Shown: positions 16,838 through 25,511, numbered from the stretch's first letter. The stretch is 32,000 bases of DNA from Sinorhizobium meliloti (GCF_017876815.1 NZ_JAGIOS010000001.1:360001-392000), one strand, 5' to 3'. The notes: generated by a model from the sequence alone, not told the origin. Numbers and translations: made by a program.

Positions 16838-17698
16838 TTACTGCGACCTTTGCGCGTCCGACAGAACACGCGGCGCCGCAGCCCCCGTTTCCCGCCCGGG
16901 GCCAAGCCGGATCCGGACCTCTTCCTCGATCTCTGCCGCCACCTTGCGCACGTCCTGCGCCCAGGCGGTCAGTTGCTTGAAGCTGACCCGATAGGAGGGG
17001 CCGGTGACCGAGATCCCCCCGACCAGGTCGTGTTCCGGAACGCTGATCGGGGCGGCCACGCAGCAGATCTCCGCCTCGTGCTCCTCCCGGTCGAACGCAT
17101 GGCCGTCGTGCCGGATTTCCTCTATCTCGGCAAGGAGCGATTCTATCGAACGATGCGTTTGCGCCGTGAACGGATGAAACTCCATTCCTGTCGAAATCCG
17201 CTGCAATTCGCCTCCAGGAAGAACCGAGAGAGCCGCCTTGCCGATACCCGTGCAATAGGCCGGCGACGCCTTGCCTATCTGCGAGCTCATACGCACGGTC
17301 TGCCGGCTTTCCACCTTGTCGACGTAGATGATTTCGGCCTCCCGCAGCAGGCCGAGATGCACCGTCTCGCCCGTCAATTGGTGCAGGTGCAGGAGATAGG
17401 GGGCTGCGATCTCGCGAAACCGGTTCCCCGACCAGGAGCGATAAGCGAATTTCAACAGGCGAAGCCCGGGCTCGTAGGACAAGTCCCGGCGCTGCACCAG
17501 CAAGCCCTCTTCGACGAGATGGCCCAGCAGCCGGTGCAGGGTTCCGCGGGGCTGACGGACGGTCTGCAATATGTCCGTGAAGCGCTGAGGGCGGTCGGCC
17601 ATGGCTACCGCCTCCAGCACGGCCATTGCCTTGCCAAGCGTGCCGGTGCCGGCGGGGTCCCCTTCCATGTCGTCTTCTTTCTTCTGCTTCATTCTCAT
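16838..17698 (-). CDS. IclR-family transcriptional regulator
   Basis: N-terminal wHTH (GTLGKAMAVLEAVA...RFTDILQTVRQPRGTLHRLLGHLVEEGLL) and a C-terminal IclR effector domain. The start is ATG 17698 or 17692. It is divergent from the sugar-acid operon. Confidence 0.85.
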   Translation of the reverse strand: MRMKQKKEDDMEGDPAGTGTLGKAMAVLEAVAMADRPQRFTDILQTVRQPRGTLHRLLGHLVEEGLLVQRRDLSYEPGLRLLKFAYRSWSGNRFREIAAPYLLHLHQLTGETVHLGLLREAEIIYVDKVESRQTVRMSSQIGKASPAYCTGIGKAALSVLPGGELQRISTGMEFHPFTAQTHRSIESLLAEIEEIRHDGHAFDREEHEAEICCVAAPISVPEHDLVGGISVTGPSYRVSFKQLTAWAQDVRKVAAEIEEEVRIRLGPGRETGAAAPRVLSDAQRSQ

Positions 17699-17716
17699 CG
17701 CTTTCCGCTGCGCTAT

Positions 17717-17747
17717 CTTGACAGGGTAAAAGCATTGGCGCGATAAT
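17717..17747 (+). promoter_or_regulatory. Sigma-70 type promoter of the SDR-dgoK-dgoA operon
   Basis: CTTGACA (17717-17723), then GATAAT (17742-17747) after an 18-nt spacer from TTGACA, in the AT-rich divergent spacer. Confidence 0.5.
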
Positions 17748-17765
17748 TCCATATAATAAAACACA

Positions 17766-17782
17766 GTTCCGGATACTGGAAC
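17766..17782. promoter_or_regulatory. Inverted repeat GTTCC-N7-GGAAC, candidate IclR operator
   Basis: GTTCCggatactGGAAC lies ~19 nt downstream of the -10, over the expected TSS. A further TTCC half-site is at 17747-17750. Confidence 0.35.
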
Positions 17783-17817
17783 AATCAATCCCGCAGCCGC
17801 GGTATCGGGGAGAAGCC

Positions 17818-18588
17818 ATGACTTTGCCGAGCAGCCAGTTTCCCGACCTGCGCGATCGCGGAGTTCTGGTCACCGGCGGCGGCTCCGGCATAGGGGCCGC
17901 ACTGGTGGAGGCGTTCGCCCGCCAGGGCGCCCGCGTCGCCTTCGTGGACATCGCAGCGGAATCGAGCCTGGCGCTCTGCGAGAAGGTCGCGGCGCAGACC
18001 GGACAGGCGCCGCATTTCATCCAAGCAGACCTTCGCAATGTCGAGGCCGTGCGGGCCGCAGCCGATGAGGCGGTGGCCAAACTCGGCTCCGTCCGTGTCC
18101 TCGTCAACAACGCCGCGCGCGACGACCGGCAAGCGCTCGAAGCGGTGACTGAGGAGAGCTGGGACGAAAGTCTTTCCGTCAACCTCAGACATCTCTTTTT
18201 CATGTGCCAGGCGGTCGCGCCCCACATGCAGCGGCAAGGCGGCGGATCGATCGTCAATTTCTCCTCGATCGCCTTCCTGCTCAATATGCCGGAGATCCCC
18301 GCCTACTCGACCGCCAAAGCCGGGATCATCGGCCTCACCAAATCGCTCGCCGGCAAGCTCGGACCGGACAATATCCGCGTCAACGCGATCCTGCCCGGCA
18401 TGATCGTTACGGAGCGGCAGCGGCGCTTGTGGCTCACGGAAGAATCGATCGCACGGATGCAGGAAAGGCAGTGCCTCAAGCGCATGCTCGTCGCCGACGA
18501 TCTCGTCGGGCCCTGCCTCTTTCTGGCGTCGGACAGTTCGGCGGCGATGACCGCACAGGCCATGATCATCGATGGAGGCGTGTTTTGA
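17818..18588 (+). CDS. Short-chain dehydrogenase/reductase (probable sugar 1-dehydrogenase of the pathway)
   Basis: Classical SDR motifs are present: TGGGSGIGAA, NNAA and YSTAK (YxxxK). ATG 17818 follows a GGGGAGAAG SD. The function is inferred from the operon only. Confidence 0.85.
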   Translation: MTLPSSQFPDLRDRGVLVTGGGSGIGAALVEAFARQGARVAFVDIAAESSLALCEKVAAQTGQAPHFIQADLRNVEAVRAAADEAVAKLGSVRVLVNNAARDDRQALEAVTEESWDESLSVNLRHLFFMCQAVAPHMQRQGGGSIVNFSSIAFLLNMPEIPAYSTAKAGIIGLTKSLAGKLGPDNIRVNAILPGMIVTERQRRLWLTEESIARMQERQCLKRMLVADDLVGPCLFLASDSSAAMTAQAMIIDGGVF

Positions 18589-19505
18589 CGACGGCAGGCT
18601 ATTATGCCGCAGTGGATTGGGGGACATCGAGCTTCCGCCTGTGGATCATCGGAGAGGACGGTGCGGTGCTGGCCGAACGCCGCAGCGCCGAGGGCATGAC
18701 GACGGCCGCAAAGACCGGTTTTCACACGATTCTTGACGGCCATCTCGCCGCGGTCTCCGCGCCTGCGCATCTGCCGATCATCATCTGCGGCATGGCAGGC
18801 GCCCGACAGGGCTGGAAGGAGGCCGGGTATATCGAAACGCCGGCAGCACTCGCCGAGATTGCCGGCCGTGCCACAGCCATTCCCGATCTCGACCGCGACA
18901 TCCGCATCCTCCCGGGCCTTGCCCAGCGCGACCGACGGCATCCGGACGTCATGCGCGGCGAGGAAACGCAGCTGCTCGGCGCTGCCGCGCATCTCGGCGC
19001 CGGCAGCCATCTCGTCTGCATGCCCGGCACGCACAGCAAATGGGTTCGTCTTGCCGACGACAGGGTCGAGGGCTTCTCCACCTTCATGACCGGCGAGCTC
19101 TTCGACACCATCGCGCGCCACACCATCCTCAGCCATGCGGTGGCAGAAGCGGATACCTTCGCGGCCGGGAGTGCAGCCTTTACGGATGCTGTAAGCCGCA
19201 CGAGGGAGAACCCGGCGCTCGCAACCAATCTGCTTTTCTCCGTTCGTGCCGGGCAGCTTCTGCACGGCACCGCCGCCGCCGACGCGAGAGCGCAATTGTC
19301 CGGGACCCTGATCGGCCTGGAGATCGCCGGAGCGCTCGCAGGGTCGGGCTCGGTGGACGGCGTATGTCTCGTCGGCTCCGGTGGACTCGGCACGCTTTAT
19401 CGTACTGCCCTCGAAAGCCAGGGCCTCAACGTCCGGGCGGTCGACGCCGACGAGGCGGTGCGGGCCGGTCTTTCCGCTGCCGCCCGTGCGATTTGGCCTT
19501 TGTGA
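18585..19505 (+). CDS. dgoK: 2-dehydro-3-deoxygalactonokinase
   Basis: The N-terminus YYAAVDWGTSSFRLW matches the DgoK signature (IAIDWGSTNLRAW in E. coli). The TTG start at 18585 has a GGAGG SD 6 nt upstream and overlaps the SDR stop (TTGA). The 5' part of track ORF 18204.. is shadow. Confidence 0.88.
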   Translation: MTTAGYYAAVDWGTSSFRLWIIGEDGAVLAERRSAEGMTTAAKTGFHTILDGHLAAVSAPAHLPIIICGMAGARQGWKEAGYIETPAALAEIAGRATAIPDLDRDIRILPGLAQRDRRHPDVMRGEETQLLGAAAHLGAGSHLVCMPGTHSKWVRLADDRVEGFSTFMTGELFDTIARHTILSHAVAEADTFAAGSAAFTDAVSRTRENPALATNLLFSVRAGQLLHGTAAADARAQLSGTLIGLEIAGALAGSGSVDGVCLVGSGGLGTLYRTALESQGLNVRAVDADEAVRAGLSAAARAIWPL

Positions 19506-19519
19506 TAGAAAGAAAGAAC

Positions 19520-20158
19520 ATGGACAGAATCCCCCTGCCGCCGATGGAACGCCCGCTGATCGCGATCCTGCGCGGTCTAAAGCCGGAGGAGGCGGAAGGC
19601 GTCGTCGGCGCCCTTATCGAAACAGGCTTCACGGCGATCGAGATCCCGCTGAATTCGCCCGACCCGTTTCGCTCCATCGAGACGGCCGTCAAGATGGCTC
19701 CGGCCGGGTGCCTTATCGGCGCCGGTACGGTGCTGACGACGGCCCAGGTGGAACGCCTCGCCGATGTCGGCGGGCGGCTGATGGTGAGCCCCAATGTCGA
19801 GCCGGCAGTCATCCGACTTGCCGCGACGAAAGGCATGGTCACGATGCCCGGCGTTTTCACGCCGACGGAGGCATTGGCGGCTGCCGCCGCCGGAGCCAGC
19901 GGCCTCAAGTTCTTTCCGGCAAGCGTGCTCGGCCCCTCCGGCATCACGGCGATCCGCGCGGTGCTGCCGGGCGATCTCGAGATCGCGGCGGTCGGCGGCG
20001 TGTCGGAGGTCAATTTCGCCGACTATGCAGCGATCGGGATCCGCAGCTTCGGGCTGGGTTCGAGCCTTTACAAGCCCGGAATGAGCGCCGGCGATGTGCG
20101 ACAGCGGGCCATTGCGACGCTCGCAGCCTATGATGCCGTCTATGGAGGCCAGCAGTGA
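19520..20158 (+). CDS. dgoA: 2-dehydro-3-deoxy-6-phosphogalactonate aldolase
   Basis: PLIAILRGLKPEEAEGVVGALIETGFTAIEIPLNSPDP is colinear with E. coli DgoA. Starts at ATG 19520. Confidence 0.9.
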   Translation: MDRIPLPPMERPLIAILRGLKPEEAEGVVGALIETGFTAIEIPLNSPDPFRSIETAVKMAPAGCLIGAGTVLTTAQVERLADVGGRLMVSPNVEPAVIRLAATKGMVTMPGVFTPTEALAAAAAGASGLKFFPASVLGPSGITAIRAVLPGDLEIAAVGGVSEVNFADYAAIGIRSFGLGSSLYKPGMSAGDVRQRAIATLAAYDAVYGGQQ

Positions 20159-21039
20159 CCGATCTCGTTCCCTTTTCCGGCCGCACCCTTTCGGAAGCCG
20201 CGTCCGAACTCGGCGAAGGCCCTACCTTCGACCCCGGCACAGGAACGGCCTGGTGGTTCAATATAACGGGCCGCGAGCTGCATGAGCTGCATCTCGAAAG
20301 CGGACGGAAGGCGATCCATCCCCTGCCCTTCCTCGGCAGCGTGCTTGCGGTGATCGATCCCTTGCGGCAGTTGATCGCCTCGGATCAGGGCCTTTTCGTG
20401 CGCGACACCGAGAGCTCGAAGCTCGGCCACTTCGCCACGCTTGAAGAAAAGCCGGGCAACCGCTCCAACGACGGACGCATCCATCCCTGCGGCGCGCTCT
20501 GGATCGGCACTATGGGGCGCAGCGCCGAGAAGCATGCGGGTGCGATCTACCACGTTGCCGGCAGCCGCGTCACGAAGCTCTATAGCAACATCACCATTCC
20601 CAATGCGATCTGCTTTTCTCCGGATGGGGCCACCGCCTATTTCACCGACACCGACGTCAACCAGCTGATGCGCGTCGACATAGATCCGGCGACGGCGCTC
20701 CCGACCGGCGATCCGGTGCTGCTTTCGGACGAAAGCACGAGCCCGGGCGGCGTCGACGGCGCCGTCTGCGATGCCGATGGGCTGATCTGGAACGCCCGCT
20801 GGGGCGCAAGCGCCGTGGAGGTCTATAAACCCGACGGCCAGAAGGTCGCCCGCTACGCCGTGCCGGCGACGCAGCCGAGCTGCCCGGCTTTCGTCGGCGC
20901 CAAGGCCGAACGGCTTCTGGTGACCTCTGCCTGGCAAGGCATGGACGACGCCGCACGGGCAGCCGACCCGCATGCCGGGAAAACCTTCGAGCTCGGGATC
21001 GAGGTCAAAGGGCGCTTCGAGCCGGCATTCCGACTTTAA
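20155..21039 (+). CDS. SMP-30/gluconolactonase/LRE-family lactonase
   Basis: Six-bladed-propeller type sequence (EGPTFDP, NDGRIHPCGALWIGTM, PNAICFSPDG, DGLIWNARWG). The GTG start overlaps the dgoA stop (GTGA), with a GGAGG SD 6 nt upstream. Confidence 0.85.
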   Translation: MTDLVPFSGRTLSEAASELGEGPTFDPGTGTAWWFNITGRELHELHLESGRKAIHPLPFLGSVLAVIDPLRQLIASDQGLFVRDTESSKLGHFATLEEKPGNRSNDGRIHPCGALWIGTMGRSAEKHAGAIYHVAGSRVTKLYSNITIPNAICFSPDGATAYFTDTDVNQLMRVDIDPATALPTGDPVLLSDESTSPGGVDGAVCDADGLIWNARWGASAVEVYKPDGQKVARYAVPATQPSCPAFVGAKAERLLVTSAWQGMDDAARAADPHAGKTFELGIEVKGRFEPAFRL

Positions 21040-21129
21040 ATCCCGCCGACCAACAAAGACTGGCGTCGCGCCGGCGAAAAATCATACAATTGCTCCATTG
21101 CGCTGAATCGCGGTGGAAGGAGTGCTCGG

Positions 21130-22854
21130 ATGAGCGACAAGAAAAAAGAACTGAGAAGCCGTCACTGGTACGGCGGCACGCACAAGGATGGCTTCATTCA
21201 TCGGTCCTGGATGAAGAATCAGGGGTTTCCCGACCATGTTTTCGACGGCCGGCCGATCATCGGCATATGCAACACCTGGTCGGAGCTCACGCCCTGCAAC
21301 AGCCATCTGCGTATCCTCGCCGAAGGGGTGAAGCGCGGCGTCTGGGAAGCGGGGGGCTTTCCGGTCGAATTTCCGGTGTCGTCGCTCGGGGAGACGCAGA
21401 TGCGTCCGACCGCCATGCTCTTCCGCAACCTGCTCGCAATGGATGTCGAAGAGGCTATCCGCGCCTACGGCATCGACGGCGTCGTGCTGCTCGGCGGCTG
21501 CGACAAGACGACCCCCGGCCAGCTGATGGGGGCGGCCTCGGTCGACCTCCCGACGATCGTCGTTTCCTCCGGTCCCATGCTGAACGGCAAGTGGAAGGGC
21601 AAGGATATCGGTTCGGGCACGGATGTCTGGAAGTTTTCCGAAGCGGTACGCGCCGGCGAAATGAGCCTGCAGGAATTCATGGCCGCCGAAAGCGGCATGT
21701 CGCGCTCGCCCGGCGTCTGCATGACCATGGGCACGGCGACGACGATGGCGTCGATCGTGGAAGCCATGGGCCTGTCGCTGCCGACGAACGCCGCCCTGCC
21801 CGCGGTCGACGCCCGCCGCATGGCGCTCTCTCACATGACCGGCAAGCGCATCGTCGAGATGGTGCATGAGGACCTCAGGCTGTCGAAAATCCTGACAAAG
21901 GAGAACTTCGAGAACGGCATCATCGCCAATGCCGCCGTCGGCGGATCGACCAATGCCGTGGTCCACATGCTGGCGATCGCCGGACGCGCGGGTATCGACC
22001 TCTGTCTCGAGGATTTCGATCGGGTAGGCGGTCAGGTGCCCTGCATCGTCAACTGCATGCCGTCGGGCAAGTATCTCATCGAGGATCTCGCCTATGCGGG
22101 CGGCCTGCCGGCCGTGATGAACCGTATCCAGCACCTGCTTCATCCCGACGCACCGACGGTTTTCGGCGTTCCGATCAGCAAATATTGGGAGGCCGCGGAG
22201 GTCTATAACGACGACGTCATCCGCCCGCTCGACAACCCGTTGCGTGCGGCGGCGGGCATTCGCGTGCTGAAGGGTAATCTTGCGCCCAACGGTGCGGTGA
22301 TCAAGCCGTCTGCAGCAAGCGAACACCTGCTCGCCCACGAGGGACCGGCCTATGTCTTCGACACGATCGAAGACCTCAGGGCCAAGATCGACGATCCCGA
22401 CCTGCCGGTCACCGAAGACACGATCCTCGTGCTCAAGGGTTGCGGACCGAAGGGCTATCCCGGCATGGCAGAGGTCGGCAACATGCCGATTCCACGCAGG
22501 CTCGTCGAAAAGGGCGTGCGCGACATGGTGCGCATCTCCGATGCGCGCATGTCCGGCACCGCCTTCGGCACCGTCGTTCTCCATGTGAGCCCCGAAGCCA
22601 ATGCCGGCGGGCCCCTGGCGATCGTCAGGACCGGCGACCGGATCCGCCTCGACGCCCTGAAAGGCGAGCTGAACCTTCTCGTCAGCGAGGAAGAACTGGC
22701 GGCCCGCATGGCGGCCTGGCAGCCGCCCGAACAGAAATGGCATCGCGGCTATTACAAACTCTATCACGACACGGTGCTGCAGGCCGACAAGGGCGCGGAC
22801 CTCGATTTCCTCGTCGGCAAGAGCGGCAGCGAGGTTCTCCGCGAAAGCCACTAG
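21130..22854 (+). CDS. IlvD/Edd-family sugar-acid dehydratase (galactonate/arabinonate-type)
   Basis: 574 aa with IlvD/Edd hallmarks (CNSHL, GGCDKTTPG, CMTMGTATTM, DARMSGTAFG). The N-terminus RSRHWYG..DGF resembles pentonate/hexonate dehydratases rather than biosynthetic IlvD. Has a GGAAGGAG SD. Confidence 0.88.
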   Translation: MSDKKKELRSRHWYGGTHKDGFIHRSWMKNQGFPDHVFDGRPIIGICNTWSELTPCNSHLRILAEGVKRGVWEAGGFPVEFPVSSLGETQMRPTAMLFRNLLAMDVEEAIRAYGIDGVVLLGGCDKTTPGQLMGAASVDLPTIVVSSGPMLNGKWKGKDIGSGTDVWKFSEAVRAGEMSLQEFMAAESGMSRSPGVCMTMGTATTMASIVEAMGLSLPTNAALPAVDARRMALSHMTGKRIVEMVHEDLRLSKILTKENFENGIIANAAVGGSTNAVVHMLAIAGRAGIDLCLEDFDRVGGQVPCIVNCMPSGKYLIEDLAYAGGLPAVMNRIQHLLHPDAPTVFGVPISKYWEAAEVYNDDVIRPLDNPLRAAAGIRVLKGNLAPNGAVIKPSAASEHLLAHEGPAYVFDTIEDLRAKIDDPDLPVTEDTILVLKGCGPKGYPGMAEVGNMPIPRRLVEKGVRDMVRISDARMSGTAFGTVVLHVSPEANAGGPLAIVRTGDRIRLDALKGELNLLVSEEELAARMAAWQPPEQKWHRGYYKLYHDTVLQADKGADLDFLVGKSGSEVLRESH

Positions 22855-22931
22855 ATCACGATGATCTTAGGTCGGTTCGTTCTGAGATCATGAAAGGCGA
22901 TCGACCCGAAGACAACTCTTATGCGATGTTC

Positions 22932-22973
22932 CTGCGCCGCATGTTCACCCGAACCTGCGGCGCAGCTGTTTTT
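22932..22973 (+). terminator. Intrinsic terminator of the sugar-acid operon
   Basis: Perfect 10-bp stem CTGCGCCGCA/TGCGGCGCAG (22932-22941 and 22956-22965) with a 14-nt loop, followed by CTGTTTTT. Confidence 0.65.
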
Positions 22974-23027
22974 GGGCGGCAAGCATGAAAGCCTTGCGCC
23001 AGCCGACTTTGGGCGTTCATTTTTTCC

Positions 23028-23052
23028 GGAACAGTTTGCGTTGCCGGGCGTT
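23028..23052 (+). promoter_or_regulatory. Candidate EcfG/RpoE2-type general stress response promoter
   Basis: GGAAC (23028-23032), N16, CGTT (23049-23052) matches the alphaproteobacterial sigma-EcfG consensus GGAAC-N16/17-CGTT. It lies ~165 nt upstream of the PRC-barrel gene in the same orientation. Confidence 0.5.
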
Positions 23053-23140
23053 GCTTGAGTGTCATCGGCGCAGCATCCCTGGCCCAACTTGAGGCTGCGC
23101 CTGATCACGGTGATTTCGCCGTGATCGATACCAAAGAGCC

Positions 23141-23186
23141 AGAGCGGGATGCGGGCGGAAACCCGCACAAGACTTTCGTCCCGTCC
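23141..23186 (+). repeat. Nested palindromic intergenic repeat, copy C
   Basis: AGAGCGGGATGCGGGCGGAAACCCGCACAAGACTTTCGTCCCGTCC. It retains the outer inverted repeat GAGCGGGA/TCCCGTCC (7 of 8). It lies inside the predicted 5' UTR of the PRC-barrel gene. Confidence 0.7.
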
Positions 23187-23218
23187 TGGTCGACAACGTC
23201 AACGAAAGGCAGTCTGAC

Positions 23219-23857
23219 ATGAAAGAGAGACTTATATCTTCCGTTGCCGCTGGCGCGCTTCTCGTGGGCGTTGCCGTTGCCCCGATGAGCTTCGCACAGC
23301 AAACCACGACGCCGCCGGCTACGGCACCTGAAACCCAGACCATGGAACCGGCTCCGGCTCCGGCCCCGGCTACACCGCCGGCCGCCGACGAGCAGGCGCA
23401 GACCCCGGATACGGCAGACAAGACGACCGATATGGCGGCTGGTGACGCCACCTACCTGACCGAGCAGGCGGAGAATCAAGTTTCCGCCAACACCTATATC
23501 GGCCAGTCCGTCTACAATGCCAGCGATGAAAGCATCGGCGAGATCAACGACCTGATCATCGAGAAGGAAGGCGGTATCGCTGCAGCTGTCGTCGGAGTTG
23601 GCGGCTTCCTCGGTATCGGGGAAAAGAACGTCGCAGTTCCGTTCGACAAGATCGCAGTCGCCGACCAGCCCGACTCGGATGACATCAAGCTGACGACCAC
23701 CGAAACGGCCGACTCTCTGAAGGCCGCACCGGAGTTCAAGACGAAATCGCAGCTGATGGCCGAGCGTAACGCCGACCAGCCGGTCGATACGTCGACGACT
23801 TCCGCAACGGGTACAACCCCGGCACCGGCGCCTGCGGAACCTGCCCCTCAGCAGTAA
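23219..23857 (+). CDS. Secreted PRC-barrel domain protein
   Basis: Signal peptide MKERLISSVAAGALLVGVAVAPMSFA-QQ, then Pro/Ala/Thr-rich low-complexity linkers. The PRC-barrel core is YIGQSVYNASDESIGEINDLIIEKEGGIAAAVVGVGGFLGIGEKNVAVPFDKI. Confidence 0.85.
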   Translation: MKERLISSVAAGALLVGVAVAPMSFAQQTTTPPATAPETQTMEPAPAPAPATPPAADEQAQTPDTADKTTDMAAGDATYLTEQAENQVSANTYIGQSVYNASDESIGEINDLIIEKEGGIAAAVVGVGGFLGIGEKNVAVPFDKIAVADQPDSDDIKLTTTETADSLKAAPEFKTKSQLMAERNADQPVDTSTTSATGTTPAPAPAEPAPQQ

Positions 23858-23884
23858 GCCGTAGGCTCTAAAATGAACGACTGG

Positions 23885-23905
23885 AGCGGCGCCCATGGCG
23901 CCGCT
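23885..23905. terminator. Bidirectional hairpin between convergent genes
   Basis: AGCGGCGCC-cat-GGCGCCGCT is a perfect 9-bp stem, followed by TTCC on the plus strand. It sits between the PRC-barrel stop (23857) and the MttB-family stop (23940). Confidence 0.55.
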
Positions 23906-23939
23906 TTCCGTCGTTAGGTGGCGACGCGGCGGGAGTGCT

Positions 23940-25484
23940 CTAATACCAGGCGTCGGCCATGCCGTTTTTGCGTGTTGCGACATAGTCGTTCAGCGCTTCG
24001 TCGATTGCCGCATCCAAGGGCGGCGCCTCGTATTCGGCGAGAGCCTTTTTCCAGCTCCTGTTCGCGCGCAGCGCCATGTCGGTTTCGCCCTGTTCCACCC
24101 ATTTCTCGAATGGTTCGTTGTCGGAAAGGGCGCTGTCCCAGAAGGCGGTCTGATAATTGCGCATCGTGTGGCCGCAGCCAAGGAAGTGGCTGCCCGGACC
24201 AACCTCCAGGAAGGCGTCCATGGCCAGCGTATTGTCATCGACAACGACGCCGGCAAGGTAGGAATGCAGTGCCCCGCAGAAATCCATGTCCATCATGAAT
24301 TTCTCGTAGGACATCGCCAGCAGCCCGTCGGCAAAGCCTGCCGAATGCAGGACGAAATTGGCGCCGCAATGGACCGCTGAAAGCATCGACATGACGCCTT
24401 CCTGCATCGCCTGAGCATCCGGCCGCTTTGAGTTGGAGAAGTTTCCGGCGCAGCGCAACGGCAGGCCGAGCCGGCGCGCGAGCTGGCCGATGACCATGCT
24501 GCCGATTGCCGGCTCCGGCGTGCCGAAGGTCGGCGAGCCCGAGCGGAGCGACATCGACGACAGAAAGTTGCCGAAGATGACCGGCGCGCCCTTGCGTTCG
24601 AGCTGCGTCAGTGCACAGCCGGCAAGCGTTTCGGCATAGGATTGCGCGATCGCCCCGGCATTGGTGACCGGCCCCATCGCGCCGCCGAGAATGAACGGCA
24701 CGATCACCGCGGCCTGGTTGGCGCGGGCATAGGCCCGCAGCGACTTCGTCATCGTGCCGTCCCAGACGAGCGGCGAGTTGACGTTGACATTGCCGAGAAT
24801 GACACAGTTCCCGTCGACGAAATCGGCGCCGAAAAGAATGCGGGCCATTTCGATCGAATCCTCGGCACGTCCCTCCGAGGTAATCGACCCCATGAAGGCG
24901 CGATCGGAGTATTTTATGTGGCTGTAGACCATGTCGAGATGGCGTTTGTTCACCGGCACGTCGCACGGTTCGCAGATGGTGCCGCCGGAGTGGTGCAGCC
25001 AGGGGCTCGACTGGGCGAGCTTCACCAGATTGCGGAAGTCCTCGATGGTGCCGTAGCGCCTGCCCTTGTCCAGATCCATGACGAAGGGAGAACCGTATGC
25101 CGGAGAGAAAACCACGTTTCGGCCGCCGATCTCGACGCTGCGGGCCGGGTTGCGGGCGTGCTGCGTGAATTGCGCCGGCGCCGAGCGGACGATCTCTTTC
25201 AGCATGCCCGGCTCGAAGCTGACGCGAAGGCCTTCGATTTTTGCCCCGGCGCGCCGCCAGTGGTCGAGCGCCACCGGATCGTCGCGAAACTCGATGCCGA
25301 CTTCGGCGAGAATGCGGTCGGCCACCCGCTCGATCCGCTCCAGGTTCTCCTCGCCGAGGATGTCATAGGTCGGTATATTGCGGACGATGTAGGGGACGCC
25401 GAGATTCTTGCTGCCCTCGCGCCGCTGCGGTCGCCCGCTCCGGGTCCGTTTCGGCGCCTCGCCGGTTGCTTCCGCCATTTCCAT
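23940..25484 (-). CDS. MttB-superfamily (trimethylamine methyltransferase-like) protein, non-pyrrolysine type, 514 aa
   Basis: Full-length MttB-family architecture with no in-frame TAG. ATG 25484 follows a GGGAGA SD. The additional ~300 N-terminal aa of the track ORF are an antisense shadow of the LysR gene. Confidence 0.85.
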   Translation of the reverse strand: MEMAEATGEAPKRTRSGRPQRREGSKNLGVPYIVRNIPTYDILGEENLERIERVADRILAEVGIEFRDDPVALDHWRRAGAKIEGLRVSFEPGMLKEIVRSAPAQFTQHARNPARSVEIGGRNVVFSPAYGSPFVMDLDKGRRYGTIEDFRNLVKLAQSSPWLHHSGGTICEPCDVPVNKRHLDMVYSHIKYSDRAFMGSITSEGRAEDSIEMARILFGADFVDGNCVILGNVNVNSPLVWDGTMTKSLRAYARANQAAVIVPFILGGAMGPVTNAGAIAQSYAETLAGCALTQLERKGAPVIFGNFLSSMSLRSGSPTFGTPEPAIGSMVIGQLARRLGLPLRCAGNFSNSKRPDAQAMQEGVMSMLSAVHCGANFVLHSAGFADGLLAMSYEKFMMDMDFCGALHSYLAGVVVDDNTLAMDAFLEVGPGSHFLGCGHTMRNYQTAFWDSALSDNEPFEKWVEQGETDMALRANRSWKKALAEYEAPPLDAAIDEALNDYVATRKNGMADAWY

Positions 25485-25496
25485 GATCAATCTCCC

Positions 25497-25511
25497 ATCA
25501 TTTGCAATGAT
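25497..25511. promoter_or_regulatory. LysR-type T-N11-A box
   Basis: ATCATTtgcAATGAT is a perfect 6-3-6 inverted repeat that fits T-N11-A. It lies in the 90-nt divergent spacer, 13 nt upstream of the MttB-family start. Confidence 0.5.

Noticed and set aside
22875-22889. GTTCgttctgaGATC after the dehydratase stop, as a LexA box
   Set aside because: The second half-site is GATC rather than GTTC. It lies between a stop codon and the operon terminator, not in a promoter.
22890-22988. 32-aa ORF (MKGDRPEDNSYAMFLRRMFTRTCGAAVFGRQA) downstream of the dehydratase
   Set aside because: It has no SD, and its coding sequence contains the operon terminator hairpin. It is most likely non-coding.
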